From: Seison nebaliae | Lineage: Eukaryota | NCBI GenBank assembly: GCA_023231475.1 | Contig: JALJEE010002436.1 | Span: forward strand, 62,001 to 126,000 | DNA: 64,000 nucleotides | Direction of reading: 5' to 3' | In this document: one piece after another, positions 55,709 to 64,000 of the stretch | How the letters are laid out: each line of letters opens with the position of its first letter | How positions within the stretch are numbered: the first letter of the stretch is position 1 | Made by a program: the position numbers and the translations under genes | The notes under the pieces: model-generated | Told to the model about the DNA's origin: nothing | Database searches by the model: none | What the model saw: the letters and a program-made list of their open reading frames with translations, nothing else

Positions 55709-58700
55709 GTTAGTTTTCCTTTCACATTCATCTCTTGGAGAATTTAGCTAAATTTCTCTTCTTCTCAAATTCCAATTATGATATTCTCGTCAGTTCACTC
55801 TATCTCTCCTAATATATTATTAACGAGACAGATGGAAGTAGGAAATTCTGTTTTTCAAATATTCACTTCCAAATGTAACATTCTTCTTCCAATATGAACG
55901 GATACGACATTATCGGTACATTACGTGTCTTCTCCTGACAATTCCGTTTCGACGAGAAATAGTAAAAGTATTTAGGAATTTCTACGTTCGTTCAGAGAAC
56001 GAAAATTAATTGGGTGGAATTTGAAGAATTGAAAATTCTAATAAGTCAGTTGTAAGCACATTTGTTGTCACGTGAAGTGTGGGGAATAACAAATGAATAA
56101 TTTCCGAAAAATACTTACCCGAATGTTAGTTAACCGATCGACGAATGAAAAATAATTATTCGATTTGATCTCTTAATCTTTTCGGATCATCTGAAAGTAG
56201 TCAAACATTAATTCATTTTTGAATGTGTCCAAGGAAAATTTAGAATTAATAAAGTTTCTGTTTCGGCAAATTCGAAACTTCTTAATCGACAACGGAAAAA
56301 TTTTTCGAATAAAAATTTTATTTATGCAAGTCAGACTGATGTCGAAGAAAGGTGTGAATATGGGAGGCATTTCAATAAAAGAAATATGTTACGCAGTTGT
56401 TTGTTATACGATATTTAGAAAATGGATTATTCAATTTTTAAAATTGCTCTGGCTCCCAATTTTTTGAATGTTTCCACGTGTAAGAACATTTCATGAACAT
56501 TTCGATTTGAAAAGATTGAGGAATCTAATCTAATCTAAGAAATATAAATCTAAAAAATTAATTTAATGTCAAATTATTATTCATTCAGAAATACTATTAG
56601 TTGTTAGGTCTATTAATAGGACGAAGGGTCATTTCTTAATAATGTATTTATTCACAATTTACGTGTTTTCATAAAGATATTTTCCACGTGAAATTCTCTC
56701 CCAAAGATATTTCTCATGGTTCTTTTCTATATTCGTTCATTCATATGGTACATTTTTCTGTTTCATCTATTCACCACAAATAACAGAATGATGGTACTAT
56801 TTCCATTATAACGGTTTCTTTATTTGATTTATTCGAAGGACAAACCACTTGCATTGAGTTCGTTTTTAAAGTTTAATTCTTGTAATATTTCATGAACATT
56901 ATTCGACTTGAGAATTGACTGTTCTAACAATCTGATTATTCCATTATAATCCAATGTGACCATTTCTGGACATATTGATCATTTTATAGATATTTATCGT
57001 TTTCCTTATTCTCGTTGTTGTGTCAAATTATTATTTTAATATTTGAATATTCAAATTATTGTGAGAGAACACCGTGTGAGAAATGTGTTTGAAAGAAATG
57101 ACGTTGTTGGGAAATGACACCTCTCCATTAGGAGAAACAGGAAATCTAATCAATAAGAGGACGACCTATTCATAGAAACCGAAAGAATAGTTTCTTTTTC
57201 CTTCCATTACTCCGAGTTGTCGAGAGGACTATAAATATTATTCATATTAGACAATCGGATAGATCAATGAAAGTAACTTACATTTTTTAGATGTGTATAT
57301 GTATATACATTAATAACATATAAATTTAATATGGATCTCGGATCGAATATATGTTGAAGTTAGAGGTTTTTCTTGAAAACTATTGATTGTTGTGGGAGGT
57401 AGAGTTAGCGGGTGGACTAGTTGGTTTGTGCGGGGAAGATCTGAGGAATAAAATTAAATAGATGGAAGAATTAATTGGGGGAAGAAATTCGGAAGTTATT
57501 TTTTTTGAGGAATGAGATCGAATTAGTTATTATTCTTCATATTTTCCGATTCTCTTAATTGTGTCACGTATTTGATTTGAGGAGAAATTGAATCATGTCA
57601 AACTATAATCATATTCTCCTCTCTCCATTATACACCAATGGCATGATATGATACATTAATTGAATATGAGGCGAATGTATCAAATAGATTAGTAGTAGTT
57701 CAATATATAAATGTAATGTTGGTTGCCTGTAGCGGAAATTCTTTTGATTGCATCATAAATCTTCATCAATAACTGTTCCTGAAGTCGTCTTTGTTGGAAG
57801 AGTTGCTCATTATTCGTACTTGCTACATTCAATTATTCCTCTCCTCAAATAATTCTCCCGTATTCATATGCACATGTGTCAACTTATCTTCTTTCCATTA
57901 TCATCCCTCTAAGTGAGGAGGAAGTAGAGATTAGGAATATTGCCAATATCTATGGGCAATTAATAGGGAGTGGAACGAACGTCGAATGCACTTGATCATG
58001 CATCCATCGCATTCCAATGCTCATTCACCTTGTCCTAATCATGATTAGTGTCGGGGCCATCCTTCGTTCGGTCATCTTCCTCGTCAACAGTTGACATTTG
58101 GCCGAAAACCCTAATTATGAAATGTTCGTTGAGAAGAAACAAAATAAATTCTTTAAATTCATTTTCTTTAATTGTCCATCAATTAATATGGCACTCAGAA
58201 AATGACCATTTATCCATCAGAAGGAAGGTGAACCTACATTCGCTTGTCAAGAAGTTCACTCAATTACGTCGACTCAATTAATGCGTGGTCCATATCGTCT
58301 TTCCTCTCTCATTTCTGGTCTAACATTTTTTCATTTTCCCATTCACAACAAGAAGTTCATCAATGCCAACAAATTTTGTTCGGTTTTCTTATGTATGATT
58401 CAATCAATTATCCCCGACAATTGACGTGTTAATGAGACCGAAAGAAATTCTTCTCCAAAATTAAGAAAAGATAATGTCGAGTGTATCATTGAGATGGTTC
58501 TCCCCATCTCATTCATTGTACTCATGATGGGAATGAATGTGTTTGTGTGTTCATTGTGTTCGAGTGTCTGTATGTGTGAATTGTGAGAGATGGTGTGAGA
58601 TGAGTTGAACTAACAAAGTTGTAGTTCTTAGAAGATAAACTTATTACGTAATCAGTAACGATAAGATACGATCGTTGGTTGGAGACGATGGAAGTCAGAT

Positions 58701-59792
58701 TAATCTATTCAGATTATTCGGTTACTGAAATTGCCAATGGTATGGAATTGGATTGATAATAGGAAAATGGCAATTTGTCTATATATTCTCTTTTATCTAT
58801 TTTACCATCTGGCCATTCGAGGTTAATGACTCTTGGAAATCGAATGGCTGCTGTTCTTAGTGGAATTGTAGAAGTTGTAAAAAAAGGGGGGAAGACGAAT
58901 AGATTCCACAGTATTAGAAAAATAATCTCATTCTCTTAATTCTTTCTTGTGTCGGTGAAGAAATATGTTCAATTTACAAATGTTGGATAATCTTTGATAA
59001 TTTCCATTATCCTCCTCTCGATAAATGATTGAATAATTAACGATGATAAATTATGTCCATTCTCGACGATCTGACAACATCTCCCAACTTATAAAAGACA
59101 AACATTAAATTTCCATTCTTTCTCCAAGAAAATAACATTTCATTTGTTTCCGATTTCCATTAACCTCGATGTGCATCAATTCTCCCGATAGCATACCGCC
59201 GCAATTGATGAGGAGGTGGAGATAAGTATATGAGAGATTTTATTCAGTAACATCATAATTAATCATAAATGCATTCAATAAATTATTTTAGTAATCATCA
59301 TAATCAAAGTACACAACAACAATTGGAAGGATAACATAAGAAAAGGAGCTGTTGTTTATTGTACCTTGTTATGTTGTTGAAAAGTTCTGTGCGGCCCTCC
59401 TCATCCATTAACAATCTAATACGTTACTTTTATACATTCCAACAATTATGGCTTTTACCTTACGTATTTTCTCTCAACTTCTTCCTTTTTCCTTTCAACT
59501 TCGCCGACTCACATGAGCAACCTGGAAAAATGAAAACTTTATTTTGTATGTTTTATGAAATTATTTTTATATTTTATCTTATTTTTCATCTATTACTTTT
59601 CATCCAAAAAATAACATGATATTTAAGAAGATACTCCACGAAATTGGGAATACCTTCTCCCGACATTCGACAGCTCAGTAGATAAACATTTTCCTTCAAA
59701 TTTTCCCATCGCGAAATCCATCTGCTTTCATATTTCCTCTAACATCTCCGTTTTCCTTCCTCTTCAATCAAAAGACAGGAGAGAATGCTAGG

Positions 59793-61751
59793 ATGATGGA
59801 TAAACAACGAGATACGTGGAATAAGTTCGGCAACAATATCGATGACATTATAAATCGTCGTTTGCTGAAACCTTTACGAAGTCGATACAAACGAACGAAC
59901 GAATCATATCAAACTGATTACTCGACAGACTCTCCAACACCTTCCCATGTCAATGGAAGAAATAGTGACGATTATCACATGAACATTCCATTCATTCTCG
60001 ATGAATATAATAGTGACGAGATTGGAAAGAAAACGAATCGAACACTTCAAATTCCCATGAATTCAAAATCCAATCACGACGATGTACCTGAAGATTTCCA
60101 GAGACATCGAAGCAATTCTCAAATAGGCAATTATATTTGTTTATTTTTCTTTTCCTTCCATCCTAACTAATTTCGTAATTTTCTATTATTCCCTTCATAT
60201 TCATATCCATATCCATCATCAATTCTATCATCACTTTACGTAGGTGACTTACGACGTCGTTCATCCGATATGAGGAAAACGTCGGATGTTGTTACCAATA
60301 GCGAGTTGATCAATGCCACTCAATGTTTATTTCATAAACTTAATCGTCATTCACAACTGACCAATTCATCGACGTCAACAATTGTAAATAATGAGGAGAC
60401 GACAATCTTGAAGAAGAAGAAACGGAAGAATTCCTTCTTCTTTACCGGAATGGCCAATAATCTCCAAGTACCACAATTGTCATTAAGACGACGTCGATCA
60501 ACTGTTACTTTATACAATGAGAATAAAATGAAAGTTTGATGATTTCTCCAATTCTTTGCACTTTTAAGTGCCTTCACACTACATATTGGAATATTTTGGA
60601 GAATAAAATTTCATTATCTGTCAGTATTATGGAGTTCGTCGAACGAATCCATTATAATATCACCTTGAATTATCAGGAAACTAATTAGTGTTTGATAGGA
60701 GTTTAATGATTTTATTCATAAAAATTATGAGTTTATTCCATCATTCTTAAGAGGATATGATAGATTGATAATCAATTTTCATATGATGGAAATATTTCGA
60801 TGTCAACCTTCTACGTTAGTTAGATTATCATCAATAGCTGCTGTTATGGAATGGACAGTTACATAATAGAAATCTATTAACTTTCTCATGGGAAGATGTG
60901 GGCGATGATCATTTATCATTTTCTTCAATATCTCTTTTTGGCATTTTTGCGTCCGAAAGAAGAAAATGAAGAAGAAAAAAATCGATTTATGAATGATTTA
61001 CTTCCAATAGTCGAAAAATAGAATTTTTATAGAAAAACATTCATCTTTCATGTCTTCATCGTCTGCCACCAATAATGACAGCAATACCATCAACAGTGGT
61101 GATGCTCCTCTCATCATCACATCCTCTCAAGACATTTCCAATGTAATAACGGCATTTAATGTCGATCAGATAATCGATGACTATCAATCTCATAATAAGA
61201 ATCAGAATGAAATAAAATTGGTGAGACAATCGATGAATTATCCGATGGCTGAATATAGCGATCGGATAAAGCGTTTGGTCAAATACAAGTCACGTCCCTT
61301 GAAATCTGATTGCTTAAAAAAGAGACGTAGTATGCCGCACTTGCTAAACGATTTAACACAACGCTTATCTCTCGGTAGTATCGAAAGTTTTCGAAACGTT
61401 AAATTCTTTATTGATCTTGTTAATAATTCTAAAAATTCTGCTCATTCGATTCAAATTCTAACATAATTTTCATTCCTAAAATTAAATAACATTTGAATAA
61501 ATTTCATGGCTTTTTTTTAGGCGACTAACAATGAAACGACGTTAAAGAAGAATGATACGTGTAATAAAGGCCGTTACAGTATGTTCTTAGGCGACGAACT
61601 TAATATCGCCAACAACTTAATTACATCAAAATGTCTAACTACCTCGCTGATTTCAAACGAGAATTCAGAACATCAACCACAACGTAAATCAAGTTTAAAT
61701 GTTCCATTCGATCATATGGCTATGAGACGAAATTCATCAATATTTTTTATT
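59793..61751 (+). CDS. Ser/Arg-rich coding exons of an unidentified gene with multiple RRxS motifs
   Basis: The ORFs at 59793, 60270, 61050 and 61581 can be joined in frame using GT..AG introns (acceptors at 60244, 61010 and 61520). Motifs: LRRRSS, KRKNSF, RRRRST, RRSMP, RKSSL, RRNSS. The 3' boundary is tentative. Confidence 0.5.
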
Positions 61752-64000
61752 GTTCTTCAAACCTTTATTTCTTCAAAAATCTTCTCTAATTCTTCTTTCT
61801 CTTTTTTCCACAATAACGATGTTGTTATTGCCGTTGTCATTATGGTAAATAAAAGGAAGGGAAGAACGATGATTTTATTCATTTTCAAATACTCAATGGA
61901 ACTCAATTATTACTGGAGAACCGAGTGGCATCATTAAATGGAATTTCTTTAAAGTTCGATTAATGACGATCTTTTTTATTTCCCTTTTTTCCTCATCTTT
62001 CCTTCAATTTCATTGACTTTATTTAATCGTCTTCTTATCGCTCATTCCGAATCATATTCTCCACAAATATACATAAGATAAGAACCATCACCGTCACCAT
62101 CAAATGTTGACGAGACGAAAGAATTTGTAAAACTTTATCAAATCTCTTTATCGGAAAAAAAAGGAAAAATTATGAAAAAGAAATATTGTGACGACAGAGC
62201 GAATTACTTTTTCTTTTTCACACAATTCCCAACCAGGAAATGTCAAACACGTAATAAACCACTAGAATACTCATTTGTCACATGCATAGTCTCATTGGAA
62301 TTCTCTCTATTTCTATCAATTCCTTCATTTTCCTTCCACAAACTGCTCTTCTTAGGAACATATATCCTTTCCTCATTAATACACCAACTTTTATGATTCG
62401 ATTTTTATTGCGATCTCCACTTACCATAACTACAACTCATATTCTCTTCATTCTCAGATCTCATTGCAATGATACGATTAAACAAATCGATTCGACGGAA
62501 GAAGTGAACGATTATGACTTCTATTTGAAAGGTTCCAACACTGCCTTAGATTTAACTATGCCAAGTCATTATTTTGCGGGAAGGATTATCGAAGGAAGAT
62601 GTTAGTATCTTGTAATAATTTCGTTTTTTCTCTCAACTTTTATGACACGGAAAATTTCCATTTATCTGATGATGAATAAACAAAATCAGTTCCCTCACTT
62701 TAACATCGACGTGATAGCTCATTTAAGTTGACCCAACGCTTTTTGGGCGAAGACAATCTGAATGTGAAATGTCAAAAAACATATAAATATTTCTATCTCT
62801 GGAACGCTTTACACAGTTGATTCTTGGAGGAAAAAGTCCATTCAAATGAAACTCGTTGACTTACTGCCAAACTCATTCATCCACCAGTTTCCATGTGAAA
62901 TTCGTTTTTAATATGCTAAATTTATATTCTCTAAACCGAATTAACGAATATGTCCAATCGACGTCGTCGTTCGGTTTGTGGAGAGGAGAAACAGTTTTTA
63001 TATTCATCAATTATTTTCGCTTCACTAAGAAATTCATCTCAAGAAGTTATAAGTTGATGAGTGAGAACTTCACAGAGGCACTCGTCTTCATCAGATGTAT
63101 GTGTTTCCCTTTTAACACCCATACGAACTCGAATAATATTCCATTTAATTTAAAACTTCCACGAATTGATAACATGACGTTACATATGATCTTAAGAATA
63201 TTAATCAATAAAAACGATAGAAGTATGTAAATAGTTCATCTGTTTCGGATTGATTTCATTTCTACTTCTTTCTTCCATTTTTACAATATCTCACAAATCG
63301 TATCGTCATCAAAATCAGTTAAAAGAACATTAAACATATCCAATTTCCATCTGATGTCGTCTTATAAATTCAAAATGAGAAACATATCAACATCCTTTCT
63401 TTCTAATAAAAGATGTAATTCCTCTAATTTCCTCTTCTTCCCCCTTCAAAAAAAATATGTACCTTAAAATAAGGTATTGGAGAAGAAACTCCAAAAGAAG
63501 CCTCTCTAATATTCAAAGTAAGTGGTCTTGGAGAAGAATATGATAAATAAAATTTTTATAATTTTAAATAATTGTTTATGGGTCTTTTAGAATTCATCAG
63601 AATTGCAATAGAATCGTTATTATATTGAATATGTAAAGTTGAGAACGTGAATATGAATATCGTCCGAGAAATAAAGTCTTGAAAATTAAGGATTTTTCTA
63701 TTTATTATATCATTCTCCTTATTCGTCAATAACACACGTCCATATGATTTGTGAGGAATGTCGTTAGGAAGAATAACAGATGTTCCCCAGAATATTCGAT
63801 CCATCATCAGATGGAGAACTGCTATGAAGTGGACAATCATCTGAATATGAAAGGAATGTATGTTCATTCTCAATGTTTTTCCTTCTAAATTATAGAATGT
63901 TGACTTTTCCACATCGGTCCCTTTGGAAAATAATATGAACGAAAATGTTGATCACCATTCAAAATAAGTTTATGCAAATGACGATACAGATGAGAGTGAG

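Noticed and set aside
60127..60244. Possible GC-AG intron
   Set aside because: An in-frame GTTTAT donor a few codons downstream explains the junction and fits the local GTT pattern.

Overview
This is an AT-rich, very compact animal (metazoan) genomic region, probably from an invertebrate protostome. The taxon is inferred from troponin T with a poly-Glu tail, an FGFR-like receptor and BACE; the species cannot be identified from the sequence alone. Genes are split by tiny (~40-65 nt) introns, so the supplied ORF track is fragmentary and I rebuilt gene models by hand. In order the window holds: an hnRNP A1-like gene (runs off the left edge), BCCIP, an intronless bacterial-type diaminopimelate decarboxylase (lysA), an FGFR-like receptor tyrosine kinase, TMEM62, a secreted mucin/EGF/chitin-binding protein, two tandem ABCA transporters, DHX15/Prp43, troponin T, a BACE-like aspartic protease, a small unknown ORF, a POLE4/CHRAC1-like histone-fold gene, TRIP4/ASC-1, DAP1, and Ser-rich exons of one or more unidentified genes at the right end. 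Four things stand out. (1) A Bacteroidota-like lysA is wedged between two spliced animal genes and overlaps the end of BCCIP, making it a candidate horizontally acquired lysine-salvage enzyme. (2) Short introns almost all start GTT, while candidate regulated exons use GTAAG. (3) Troponin T has a pair of 37-nt mutually exclusive exons. (4) The receptor kinase has a candidate 30-nt cassette exon, a Cys-less membrane-proximal Ig domain and a very long kinase insert. All family assignments come from recognising motifs by eye, not from database searches.
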